This document shows positions 1-8,851 of a DNA stretch of 33,345 bases, piece after piece (position 1 is the stretch's first letter; each line of letters starts with the position of its first letter). The position numbers were made by a program, and so were the translations under genes. The stretch spans positions 1-33,345 of the forward strand of contig JAUIJX010000003.1 in NCBI GenBank assembly GCA_030430795.1, read 5' to 3'. The notes below the pieces were generated by a model. The model ran no database searches. It had not been told where the DNA came from and saw nothing but the letters and a program-made list of their open reading frames with translations. This stretch comes from Alphaproteobacteria bacterium. GTDB taxonomy: Bacteria > Pseudomonadota > Alphaproteobacteria > Rickettsiales > UBA998.

Positions 1-758
1 ATGATGACCAGTTGCGATTCGCGGATGCTACCCTGCCCAACGCCCAGCAGTGCGCCCATGCCGAGTTGCTGCATGTCCTTTTCGCCCAGCACGGTGACTT
101 CAACGCCGTCTTTGGAGAGTTCCTTGCAGCGCGCGGCCAGTGTTTCGGGATAGATAACATTGGCCGGTTCCGTCACCACGTCGCGGGTCAGGAAGATGCC
201 ATCTTTCAATGCATCGAGTGTTTCATAGAGTTTGGCCGCCTTGTCGGCATCCTCGGCACAGACCGCAAAGCTCGTCAGTGTCGGTTTGGCGCTCTTTTCC
301 TCTTTGGTACGGTATTTGTCGAAGCGGTAGGATTTCAGTGCCGCGCCGAAGGTCATGCTGGCCGCCACTTCGCCTTTTTTGCCCTTTTTGCCCGGAATGG
401 TATCGAGCAGGCAGTAGAGGGTTTTGATGCCCATGGCATTGGCTTTGGCCACCAGCGTACCGGCGGCGTCTTCCCATGTGCGCATGGTGATGTCTTTTTC
501 CTTGCCCAGACCGACGATCAGGATCTGGTCGAACGGGCAGTCCTTCGGCCCGACAACGCGCGTGACCTGCCCGGCTTTGCCTTTGAATTTCGCCGCGCCC
601 AGTGCCCGCTTGATGATGCCGCCGGATGCCTTGTCAAGCGCCGCTGCCTTGCCTTCCAGCTTGAGCGCATCTGTCAGTGCGATGGCAACCGCTGCCCCCT
701 TTCCTGCTTTTTTGGCTTTGGCGTCGTAGTCTGTAAGCGACAAAAATTCTGGCTTCAT
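1..758 (-). CDS. pepA: Leucyl aminopeptidase (M17), 5' part; runs off the left edge
   Basis: Not in the ORF track. Manual translation from ATG 758 (SD GAAAGGA upstream) begins MKPEFLSLTDYDAKAKKAGKG and includes ILIVGLGK, RDVVTEPANVIYPE and LGMGALLGVGQGS, typical of PepA. Divergent from lptF, the canonical arrangement. Confidence 0.93.
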   Translation of the reverse strand, partial: MKPEFLSLTDYDAKAKKAGKGAAVAIALTDALKLEGKAAALDKASGGIIKRALGAAKFKGKAGQVTRVVGPKDCPFDQILIVGLGKEKDITMRTWEDAAGTLVAKANAMGIKTLYCLLDTIPGKKGKKGEVAASMTFGAALKSYRFDKYRTKEEKSAKPTLTSFAVCAEDADKAAKLYETLDALKDGIFLTRDVVTEPANVIYPETLAARCKELSKDGVEVTVLGEKDMQQLGMGALLGVGQGSIRESQLVI

Positions 759-810
759 GGCGATCCTTTCTGTATTAATCTCGTCTCGGGGTTAGTGAGA
801 AGTCAGGCGT

Positions 811-1923
811 ATGTGGCAACGATATACTCTCTATATGATGCATTTACTGATGTGGCCAACGCTGTTTATCAGCGTCAGTCTTACCAGTATCATATGGCTC
901 ACGCAAGCGCTTCGCTTTATCGATTTCATCATCAATCGCGGGCTGTCTATCTGGGATTTTACCTATCTCACGATGCTGCTGGTGCCATCACTTTTGCTGC
1001 TGATTCTGCCGATCTCATTGTTCGTTGCGGTCATCTTTACTTACAATAAACTCTCCGCCGATAGCGAGCTGGTGGTGTTCAAAGCCGCCGGACTCAGCCC
1101 GCTGCAACTGGCGCGCCCGGCGATCATTATCGCGCTGATTGTCACTGCCTGCTGTTACGGGTTGTCGATGCATCTGATGCCGCTGACCAAGCGTCAATTC
1201 AAAGACACGCAAATGTTCCTGCGCGACAATTACACCTCGGTGCTGTTGCAGGAAGAGGTGTTTAACAGCCCGGTGGACGGGCTGACCGTGTTCGTGCGGC
1301 ACCGCGACGAAGACGGCACGCTGCACGGGGTGCTGGTGCATGACAACCGTATCCGTGAGGCGGCCACCACCATGATGGCCGAGCAGGCGCAACTGGTGCA
1401 AACACCAAACGGACCCCGCTTCTACCTGACCAAAGGCATGCGGCAGGAGCGGCGTGACGGGCGGGTCTCCTGGCTCAATTTCGACAGTTATAATCTGGAT
1501 ATCAGCCTGTATACCGAGCAGGCCGCCGAGCGCACGCGCGGGCCAGAGGAAATGTATATGGGTGAGCTGCTGTCATCCGACGTGCAGGACGACGCGCTGC
1601 ATCGCAAATATCTGGCCGAGGCGCATCAGCGTTTGACCTGGCCGATGTATGCTCTGGGGCTGGCGCTGCTGGCCTGTTCGGTGATGCTGCGCGGCGAGTT
1701 TAACCGGCGCGGGCAATGGAAACGCGTGGCCACCGTATCGGTGGCGGCGATCGGGTTCGTGGTAACCGGGCTGGGGCTGACCAATCTGGTAGTGCAGATG
1801 CCGCTTCTGACGCCGCTGCTGTATGTGGCGATTTCCCTATTGATTGTCAGCAGCCTGATTGCCCTGATGGGTGACTGGCGGCGGAGTGTGCAACCTACCT
1901 TGCCGGAGGCGATGACGTCATGA
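811..1923 (+). CDS. lptF: LPS export ABC transporter permease LptF
   Basis: YjgP/YjgQ layout with 3 TM, a periplasmic domain and 3 TM; motif YNKLSADSELVVFKAAGLS; upstream of lptG. Confidence 0.93.
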   Translation: MWQRYTLYMMHLLMWPTLFISVSLTSIIWLTQALRFIDFIINRGLSIWDFTYLTMLLVPSLLLLILPISLFVAVIFTYNKLSADSELVVFKAAGLSPLQLARPAIIIALIVTACCYGLSMHLMPLTKRQFKDTQMFLRDNYTSVLLQEEVFNSPVDGLTVFVRHRDEDGTLHGVLVHDNRIREAATTMMAEQAQLVQTPNGPRFYLTKGMRQERRDGRVSWLNFDSYNLDISLYTEQAAERTRGPEEMYMGELLSSDVQDDALHRKYLAEAHQRLTWPMYALGLALLACSVMLRGEFNRRGQWKRVATVSVAAIGFVVTGLGLTNLVVQMPLLTPLLYVAISLLIVSSLIALMGDWRRSVQPTLPEAMTS

Positions 1924-3044
1924 TGCGTATCCCCCTCACCCTTTCCGGCTATATCAGCAAGCAGTTTCTCTATTCGACACTGATTGCGCTTGGCGTGGTG
2001 ATGGCCGTGATCGGGCTGATCGATATCGTGGAACTGATACGCCGCACGTCCAACAAAGACGGTGTGCCGTTCCATGTGGTGATGGAGATGGCGTTTCTCA
2101 AACTGCCTTATATGGCCGAGCGGATTACGCCGTATGCGGTGATGATCGGCGGGATTATGGCACTGACCAAGCTGACGCGCACACAAGAGCTGGTGGTGGC
2201 GCGCGCCGCCGGGATTTCGGTATGGCAGTTCATGGCGCCACTGGTGATTCTGGCACTGGTGCTGGGCAGTTTCATGATTGCGGTGTTTAACCCGGTCTCC
2301 TCAGCAATGCTGTCACGGTTCGAGCAGTTAGAGGGCAAATATATCTCCGGCAGACCCAGCGTGCTGACCGTATCCTCCTCCGGGCTGTGGCTGCGGCAGG
2401 TGGAATCCGGTGCCACAGTGATGAATAAATTGTCGGTGGAAGAATATATCCTGCATGCCGAGCGCATCTCGCAATATGACATGGTGTTCTCCAACGTCAC
2501 TATTTTTGCTTACGGGGATGACAGCAACTTCATCGGACGGATCGACGCCGAGAAAGCCAAGCTGGAGGTCGGGTACTGGTCGCTGGAGAATGCCACCATT
2601 TCTATCCCCGGCCTGTTGCCGAAGAAACACGCCCTGTATCGTTTGAGCACCAATCTCAAGATTACCGAGATTCAGGACAGTTTCGCCGAGCCGCGCACCC
2701 TGTCCTTCTGGCAGCTTTCCAGCTTTATCAAAACACTTGAGGATGCCGGGTTTGACGCATTGCGTCACAAGATTCACTGGCATGCGACCCTTGCCAGCCC
2801 GCTGATGTTGTGCGGGATGGTGTTCCTCGCTGCCGTGTTCTCGCTGCGACTGCCCCGGCGCGGGAAGATCAGCCTGATGATCGGCGGGGCGCTGGTCACC
2901 GGATTCGTGATGAATTTCGTGGTCAGCCTGTTCCATGCGTTCGGCTATTCCGGCAGCCTGCCGATATTATTGGCGGCATGGTCGCCACCAGCGATTGCCA
3001 TCATGGCCGGACTGGCGCTGCTGCTGCATCTCGAAGACGGGTAG
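1920..3044 (+). CDS. lptG: LPS export ABC transporter permease LptG
   Basis: ELVVARAAGISVWQF, SSSGLWLRQ and the C-terminal LLHLEDG; ATGA overlap with lptF. Confidence 0.94.
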   Translation: MMRIPLTLSGYISKQFLYSTLIALGVVMAVIGLIDIVELIRRTSNKDGVPFHVVMEMAFLKLPYMAERITPYAVMIGGIMALTKLTRTQELVVARAAGISVWQFMAPLVILALVLGSFMIAVFNPVSSAMLSRFEQLEGKYISGRPSVLTVSSSGLWLRQVESGATVMNKLSVEEYILHAERISQYDMVFSNVTIFAYGDDSNFIGRIDAEKAKLEVGYWSLENATISIPGLLPKKHALYRLSTNLKITEIQDSFAEPRTLSFWQLSSFIKTLEDAGFDALRHKIHWHATLASPLMLCGMVFLAAVFSLRLPRRGKISLMIGGALVTGFVMNFVVSLFHAFGYSGSLPILLAAWSPPAIAIMAGLALLLHLEDG

Positions 3045-3060
3045 GTATACCTTTCCAGCA

Positions 3061-3088
3061 TTGCCTTTCAGCGTATATCTGGTAGAAA
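3061..3088 (+). promoter_or_regulatory. Putative sigma70-type promoter, leaderless geometry, for lptD
   Basis: TTGCCT-N16-TAGAAA with a TGn extension, 6 nt before ATG 3095; no Shine-Dalgarno. Confidence 0.5.
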
Positions 3089-3094
3089 TACCCT

Positions 3095-5248
3095 ATGCGC
3101 GCTACCAGATATTCGGTTTGTCTGTCTTTATTGTCGGCGCTGGCCTGCTGGCTGGTGCCCACGGTCGCGGCGCAGGCGGCGCTCGGCGTACAGGACGACC
3201 AGCCAATTCTGATGCAGGCCGACAAGCTGGGCTACGACAGTAAGAACAAAGTGGTGGTGGCGATCGGCAATGTCGAGGTCTTTCAGGGCGACACCATTCT
3301 GCTAGCCGACCGGATTGCCTATTATCAGGATCAGGACGTGGTGCGCGCCCGCGGCAATGTGACGCTGCTGGAGGATACCGGTACGGTCTATTTCGCCAGG
3401 GAAGTGGAACTCAAAGACCAGCTCAAGCGCGGGGTGGTGCAGAATTTCCGCATCCGGCTGGTGGATAATTCCCTGTTTGCCGCCCGCGAGGCGGCACGCG
3501 TCAGCGATACGCGCACCAAGCTGAAGAAAGCTGTCTATTCCGCCTGTAAGGTGTGCGAATCCTATGACCCGGACAGCGACAATGCACCGCTGTGGCAAAT
3601 CAAAGCTAACAAGGTGACGATCGACGAAGAAGAAGAAAAGGTCACGTATCGCGATGCCTATATGGAAGTGTACGGATTGCCGGTGGCCTATACGCCGTAT
3701 TTCTCTCACCCGACCCCGAACGCCAGCCGCAAAAGCGGCATCCTGACACCGGAATATTCGCAGAACAGCCAACTCGGCACAGTGGTGCAGGTGCCGTATT
3801 ACTGGAATATCGCGCCGGATAAGGACGCCACCATCACCCCGCACCTGACCTCCGAGGAGGGACTGGTGATGGAAGGTGAATACCGGCAGTTGACCGATAA
3901 CGGCGCGTATAAGATCAATGGCAGCGTTACCTATCCGCGGAAACGGGACGAAGCCGGGCTGGTGACGTCCGGCCATGAGTTGCGCGGGCATATTTTCGCC
4001 AACGGCAATAGCCGCATTAGCCAAAACTGGAGCTGGGGTTTCGATGTCAACCGCACCACCGATGATACGTATCTGCGACGTTACCGGTTTGGCTCGCAGG
4101 ATACGCTGACGTCGCGCGTATTTGCCGAGCGGCTACAGGGGCGTGATTACATCACCGCGCAGGGGCTTTCCTTCCAGGGGTTGGAGATTGACGATGATCC
4201 GGACACGATTCCGCTGGTGCTGCCGAATGTGATGGCGCATTTCGAATCGCGCCCGATGTGGAAAGGATCGCGCTTTGTGTTCGATGCCGATACCGGCGTT
4301 ATCACCCGCGAGGTCGGCGCGCAGAGCCGGCGGGCGACGCTGAACACCGCATGGTCGGTGCCATTTGTCACCAAGGGCGGTCATGTGTTTGAAGCCGGGG
4401 CAGCGTTGCGCAGCGATGTCTATTCCGTCTCCGACGTGACGCGGCTGGACGGCAGCGAGTTCGACGGCACGGAAACGCGTTTCGTACCGCAGGGGATTAT
4501 GAAATGGAAATACCCGATGATCAAACAGCTTGGCACCTCCAGCATTATCGTGGAACCGCTGGCGGAAATGGTCATCAGTTCCAACGGGAATAACCCGGAC
4601 ACTATTCCCAATGAAGACAGTCTGAATCCGGAATTTTCCGACATCAACCTGTTTACGCCCAAGCGTTTTGCCGGGGTTGACCGGATCGAGAACGGATCAC
4701 GCGCCATGTACGGGGTGCGCGGGCAATGGCAAATCCGGCAAGGGCGCAATGTCGATGTGATGCTGGGGCAGAATTACAGCCTGTCCGGCGATCCGATCTT
4801 CCCGCTGACCGCCAGCGGCTCGGAGCCTGATCTTTCCGATTATGTCGGGCGGGTGGGCGTGCAGGTAGACCCGGTGCAGATGTCGTATCGCTTCCGGCTG
4901 GATCACGACGATCTCGGCGTGCGGCGTAGCGAATTGCGCGGTTCTTACAGCGGAGAGCGCTTCGGCGCCCATGTCGATTACATTTATATCGATGATGACC
5001 CATTCTTAGAGAATGAGCGGGAAATCATTGCTGCCGGCTCCGTTCGCCTGTCCCCGGAATGGACCTTTAATGCCGCAGGGCAGCGCGATCTGGTCGAAGA
5101 CCGGGCCATCAGTGCATCAACGGGGCTGACATATCAGAATGAATGTATTACGGTACAGTCGTTGCTGGCACGGGAATTCACCCGTGACCGTGATATCGAA
5201 CCGAATACATCGTTTTCGGTGCGCCTGTTACTCAAGAACCTGAATTGA
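3095..5248 (+). CDS. lptD: LPS-assembly outer membrane protein LptD
   Basis: Signal peptide, OstA-like N-domain, YSACKVC, PLWQIKA, RKSGILTP, DDTYLRRY and C-terminal YQNECI; 717 aa. Confidence 0.95.
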   Translation: MRATRYSVCLSLLSALACWLVPTVAAQAALGVQDDQPILMQADKLGYDSKNKVVVAIGNVEVFQGDTILLADRIAYYQDQDVVRARGNVTLLEDTGTVYFAREVELKDQLKRGVVQNFRIRLVDNSLFAAREAARVSDTRTKLKKAVYSACKVCESYDPDSDNAPLWQIKANKVTIDEEEEKVTYRDAYMEVYGLPVAYTPYFSHPTPNASRKSGILTPEYSQNSQLGTVVQVPYYWNIAPDKDATITPHLTSEEGLVMEGEYRQLTDNGAYKINGSVTYPRKRDEAGLVTSGHELRGHIFANGNSRISQNWSWGFDVNRTTDDTYLRRYRFGSQDTLTSRVFAERLQGRDYITAQGLSFQGLEIDDDPDTIPLVLPNVMAHFESRPMWKGSRFVFDADTGVITREVGAQSRRATLNTAWSVPFVTKGGHVFEAGAALRSDVYSVSDVTRLDGSEFDGTETRFVPQGIMKWKYPMIKQLGTSSIIVEPLAEMVISSNGNNPDTIPNEDSLNPEFSDINLFTPKRFAGVDRIENGSRAMYGVRGQWQIRQGRNVDVMLGQNYSLSGDPIFPLTASGSEPDLSDYVGRVGVQVDPVQMSYRFRLDHDDLGVRRSELRGSYSGERFGAHVDYIYIDDDPFLENEREIIAAGSVRLSPEWTFNAAGQRDLVEDRAISASTGLTYQNECITVQSLLAREFTRDRDIEPNTSFSVRLLLKNLN

Positions 5249-5249
5249 T

Positions 5250-6536
5250 ATGACACTGATACGCCGTCTTTCTTTTTTCCTGTTTTCCGTCGCCGCCATT
5301 CCTGCGTTTGCGGAGGATGCTCCCGCCCCTCAACCGGTTCAGCAAAGCGTGCATAAAATTGCCGCCGTGGTGAATGAGGATATTGTGTCCACGCTGGAAG
5401 TGGAGGAGCGCACCAAATTCGTGATTACCACCACCGGGCTTAGCAACACGCCGGAGACCAAGGCGCGGCTGATCCCGCAGATCATTCGCGGGCTGATCGA
5501 TGAGAAGCTGCAGATGCAGGCGGCAGCGCAAAGCAACGTCTCGGTCGGGCCGGACGATATCAAGCAGGCGATTGCGACCATTGAGAAACAGCGTGGGAAA
5601 ACACCCGGCAGTCTGGTGTCGTATCTGGTGGAGAACGGCGTGTCGCCGTCTACCTTCGAGCATCAGCTGGAAGCACAACTGGCATGGAACCAACTGATCT
5701 CACGCAAGGTGCGCAGCCAGTTGACGATCAGCGATGACGAACTGCAGCGCGAGGTGGAACGTGCACGCAACGAGAAACGCTCCAGCAAGGACGAAGTGCT
5801 GATTTCCTCGATCCTGCTGCCGGTGGACAAGCCGGAGAATGAAGCGAATGTGCAGGCGCTGGCGCAAAAGCTGGTGGGTGAGATTCGCGGCGGCGCCAGT
5901 TTTCAGGCAGTGGCGTCGCAGCTTTCCAGCCAGCAAAGCCTGAACACCAATCAGGTGTGGGTGGAGGTCGATCAACTGGATGCCGTGCTGGCCAATGCGA
6001 TCAACCAGCTGGGCGGCACCGGACTGCTCGATCCGCTGCGTACACCGAGTGGCTACCATATTGTGAATGTGCATGAAAAGCGCAGCAAGGCCATTCAGCA
6101 GGATGCCGAGGTGCTGTTTAAGGATATCACCATGCGCCTGAAGAATGACGCCGAGATGAAAGAGGTGGATGTGCTGATGGGCATCGCCCGCGAGATTGCC
6201 AAGAACCCCGGCACCTGTCCGCAGAAAGGCATCGCCGGGATTTCCTCGTTCGACGATCTCGATTTCGACATTAAATATACACGCTCACGCTTCTCCGGCC
6301 TGTCGCCGGAAGTGGTGCCGCTGGTGAAAGATTTGTCGGTCGGCGGTATTTCCGAGCCGTTTGCCGCACCGGACGGTATTCACCTGCTGATGATGTGCGA
6401 GAAAGTGGCGCTGACCGGCAATAAGGTCAATCTCCCGGCGATCAAGACACGACTCAAGGAAGAGAAATTCCAACTGGAAGCGATGCGCTATCTGCGTAAC
6501 CTGCGCCGCGAGGCTTTCGTGGAAGTGAGATTGTAG
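5250..6536 (+). CDS. surA: SurA-like periplasmic chaperone / parvulin PPIase
   Basis: Signal peptide, IAAVVNEDIVS, LIDEKLQ and C-terminal YLRNLRREAFVEVR; follows lptD. Confidence 0.9.
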   Translation: MTLIRRLSFFLFSVAAIPAFAEDAPAPQPVQQSVHKIAAVVNEDIVSTLEVEERTKFVITTTGLSNTPETKARLIPQIIRGLIDEKLQMQAAAQSNVSVGPDDIKQAIATIEKQRGKTPGSLVSYLVENGVSPSTFEHQLEAQLAWNQLISRKVRSQLTISDDELQREVERARNEKRSSKDEVLISSILLPVDKPENEANVQALAQKLVGEIRGGASFQAVASQLSSQQSLNTNQVWVEVDQLDAVLANAINQLGGTGLLDPLRTPSGYHIVNVHEKRSKAIQQDAEVLFKDITMRLKNDAEMKEVDVLMGIAREIAKNPGTCPQKGIAGISSFDDLDFDIKYTRSRFSGLSPEVVPLVKDLSVGGISEPFAAPDGIHLLMMCEKVALTGNKVNLPAIKTRLKEEKFQLEAMRYLRNLRREAFVEVRL

Positions 6537-6537
6537 A

Positions 6538-7374
6538 TTGTACGATCCGGATAAGATCATTGCCTCATCCGGCGTTCCCGCCAAAAAAGTTTTCGGCCAG
6601 CATTTTCTCAACGACTCCAGCGTGCTTCACCGCATCATCGCGTTGTGCGGCGGGCTGGAGCAGACGCATGTGGTGGAGGTGGGCCCCGGTCCGGCAACTT
6701 TAACACAAGCGCTGCTGGCAAGTGACGCCGCGAGTATTACCGGCATTGAAATCGATGCACGTTTTTATCCGCATCTGGAGACGGTGGCTACGGAGTCTGG
6801 CGGGCGTTTTCGTCTGATGCAGCAGGATGCGCTGGAGGTCGACCTGACCAAGGCAGTGGTGAATCCCTGCGCGATTGTCAGCAATCTGCCCTATAATGTC
6901 GGCACGGCGCTGTTGCTGCGTTGGCTGGAGACGGTGCATGCCACCGGCAATCAGGCCATTAGCATGATGGTGCTGATGTTCCAGAAGGAAGTGGCCGACC
7001 GTGTCGCCGCTGTGCCGGGTACGAAAGATTACGGGCGGCTATCCGTGCTCAGCCAGTGGCTGTGCGATGTGCAGGAAGGCTTCGATATTCCGCCGGAGAG
7101 TTTCACCCCACCGCCGAAAGTGACGTCCAGCGTGGTGCGGCTGATTCCGCATGCACGGCCGATCTATGACGTGCGGAAAGTGGCGCTCGAGAAAGTGTTG
7201 GCCGCCGGGTTCAACCAGCGCCGCAAGATGCTGCGCTCGGCACTTAAATCCCTTAACGTCAATACCGAGGCGCTGCTGGACGATGCCGAGATCAACCCGG
7301 AAGCGCGGGCGGAAACCCTGACCGTCAAGCAATGGTGCCGGCTCGGTTCGACATACGATAGTTTGTATTTGTAA
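6538..7374 (+). CDS. rsmA: 16S rRNA m6,2A dimethyltransferase (KsgA)
   Basis: KKVFGQHFL, VEVGPGP, SNLPYNV, MFQKEVA, YGRLSV, FTPPPKVTS, FNQRRKML; TTG start 1 nt after the surA stop. Confidence 0.96.
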   Translation: MYDPDKIIASSGVPAKKVFGQHFLNDSSVLHRIIALCGGLEQTHVVEVGPGPATLTQALLASDAASITGIEIDARFYPHLETVATESGGRFRLMQQDALEVDLTKAVVNPCAIVSNLPYNVGTALLLRWLETVHATGNQAISMMVLMFQKEVADRVAAVPGTKDYGRLSVLSQWLCDVQEGFDIPPESFTPPPKVTSSVVRLIPHARPIYDVRKVALEKVLAAGFNQRRKMLRSALKSLNVNTEALLDDAEINPEARAETLTVKQWCRLGSTYDSLYL

Positions 7375-8013
7375 TCAGCGCTCGTCGCAGAGGGCTTTGA
7401 CGAATTTATGCAGGTTGGTCTGGCGGGAGCGTTTGTTGCGCTCCGCCCGCAGGATGTGGGTGATCTCTGCTAGCGTTTCTTCCAGATCGCGGTTGATGAC
7501 GACGTAATCATAATCGTCCCAGTGGATGATCTCGCCCGCAGCTTTCTCCATACGGAACTGCACGACGTCATCACTGTCCTGCGCGCGTTTCTTCAGGCGA
7601 TTCTCCAGCTCCTGCATGGAAGGCGGCAGTATGAAAACGCTGACCAGATCTTCCCGGCAGCGCGCTTCGAGTTGCTGGGTGCCTTGCCAGTCGATGTCGA
7701 ACAGCACGTCCTTGCCGCTCTCCAGCGCGTCGAACACAAAGTCTTTCGGCGTGCCATAGGAATGGGCGAAGACAGTGGCGTATTCGAGCAGTTCGCCCTT
7801 TTCCACCATGCTGCCAAACCCGTTGCTATCGGTGAAGAAATAATCTTTGCCGTCTTCCTCGCCCGGGCGCATCGGCCGGGTGGTGACGGAGATCGACATG
7901 ACCAGGTCTTCCTCTCTGGCCAGCAGATGGCGCGACAGCGTGGTCTTTCCCGCCCCGGAAGGCGATGAAAGGATAAACATGAAACCACGACGGTAATGGA
8001 TATCTTCTGTCAC
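7375..8013 (-). CDS. gmk: Guanylate kinase
   Basis: SSPSGAGKTT P-loop, SVTTRPMRPGEEDGKDYFF, YGTP, FDIDWQG; GTG start. Confidence 0.97.
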   Translation of the reverse strand: MTEDIHYRRGFMFILSSPSGAGKTTLSRHLLAREEDLVMSISVTTRPMRPGEEDGKDYFFTDSNGFGSMVEKGELLEYATVFAHSYGTPKDFVFDALESGKDVLFDIDWQGTQQLEARCREDLVSVFILPPSMQELENRLKKRAQDSDDVVQFRMEKAAGEIIHWDDYDYVVINRDLEETLAEITHILRAERNKRSRQTNLHKFVKALCDER

Positions 8014-8055
8014 CTGTCACCCCGATTTAGTTGCCAACAGTATGGCGATAAGGAC

Positions 8056-8070
8056 TTAAGCATTGGTTAA
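8056..8070. promoter_or_regulatory. Perfect CtrA-box match TTAA-N7-TTAA upstream of gmk
   Basis: TTAAGCATTGGTTAA on + (TTAACCAATGCTTAA on -), 11 nt upstream of a minus-strand -10-like CATACT at 8044-8039. One half-site includes the SCO stop codon. Confidence 0.6.
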
Positions 8071-8726
8071 AGCTGGCTGGCAATGGTCGCTTTGACCTTC
8101 TCCGCTACATCCGCCGGCAGGGCATCATGGGCAAAATGGGTGACGTATTTGCCGTCTTTGTCCATCAGGTAGATGTAGCCGCTGTGATCCATCATGTAAT
8201 CCTGCGTATCGTCGGCTTCACCCACCGTGTTTTTGCGGGCGTAGACCTTATAGGACTTTAGCACCTCGCGGATTTTCGCCTCATTGCCGGTGAGACCGAC
8301 GGTTGAAGGGTGAAAGCTAGAGACGTATTCTTTGATCACCTGTGACGTATCGCGCTCCGGATCGACAGTGATGAAAACCGGCACGACTTTTTCAGCGTCC
8401 GGGCCCAGCATAACCATCGCCTGCGTGATGTTCTGCAGCGCTGTCGGGCAGATATCCGGGCAGTTGGTGAAGCCGAAGAAGACCAACATGTAGCGGCCAC
8501 GGAACCCGGTGCTGCTGACGGATACACCCTCTTGATTTGTAAGGGTAAAATCTTCCCCGATCATGGCCTCGCCACTGCCGGAGGTTGGGTGATCCGGCCC
8601 TTTCCAGATATGCCAGCCGACAAACAGGGAGGTGAGGATAATGGTGAGGATAATGCGGTTGCGGGTACGTTTTTTCATGGAATTGGTGATAGCCTGATTC
8701 ACCATATCTGTAAAGTATCTATCCAT
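8067..8726 (-). CDS. SCO1/SenC family copper chaperone
   Basis: FFGFTNCPDICP (CxxxC), ITVDPERDT, YMMDHS and one N-terminal TM. The true start may be ATG 8705 or 8678. Confidence 0.93.
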   Translation of the reverse strand: MDRYFTDMVNQAITNSMKKRTRNRIILTIILTSLFVGWHIWKGPDHPTSGSGEAMIGEDFTLTNQEGVSVSSTGFRGRYMLVFFGFTNCPDICPTALQNITQAMVMLGPDAEKVVPVFITVDPERDTSQVIKEYVSSFHPSTVGLTGNEAKIREVLKSYKVYARKNTVGEADDTQDYMMDHSGYIYLMDKDGKYVTHFAHDALPADVAEKVKATIASQL

Positions 8727-8784
8727 TAATTAATATATATAGTAGTTAAATTAACCCAACATCAATATATAGGTTAATATTTTT

Positions 8785-8813
8785 TTGACAAAATTCATAT
8801 ATATTGGTAAGAT
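8785..8813 (+). promoter_or_regulatory. Near-consensus sigma70 promoter for the orphan gene
   Basis: TTGACA(8785-8790)-N17-TAAGAT(8808-8813) with a TGn extension, in a very AT-rich intergenic region. Confidence 0.7.
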
Positions 8814-8851
8814 AAAGCATTAAAGTATGTAATTAAGGAACTGCAAGTAGC

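Noticed and set aside
12-1049. 345-aa plus-strand ORF from the track
   Set aside because: Antisense shadow of pepA that also overlaps lptF out of frame; no recognisable motifs.
7244-7256. Paired TTAA sites in rsmA, and at 8820-8836
   Set aside because: Spacings are 5 and 9 nt, not the 7 of a CtrA box.
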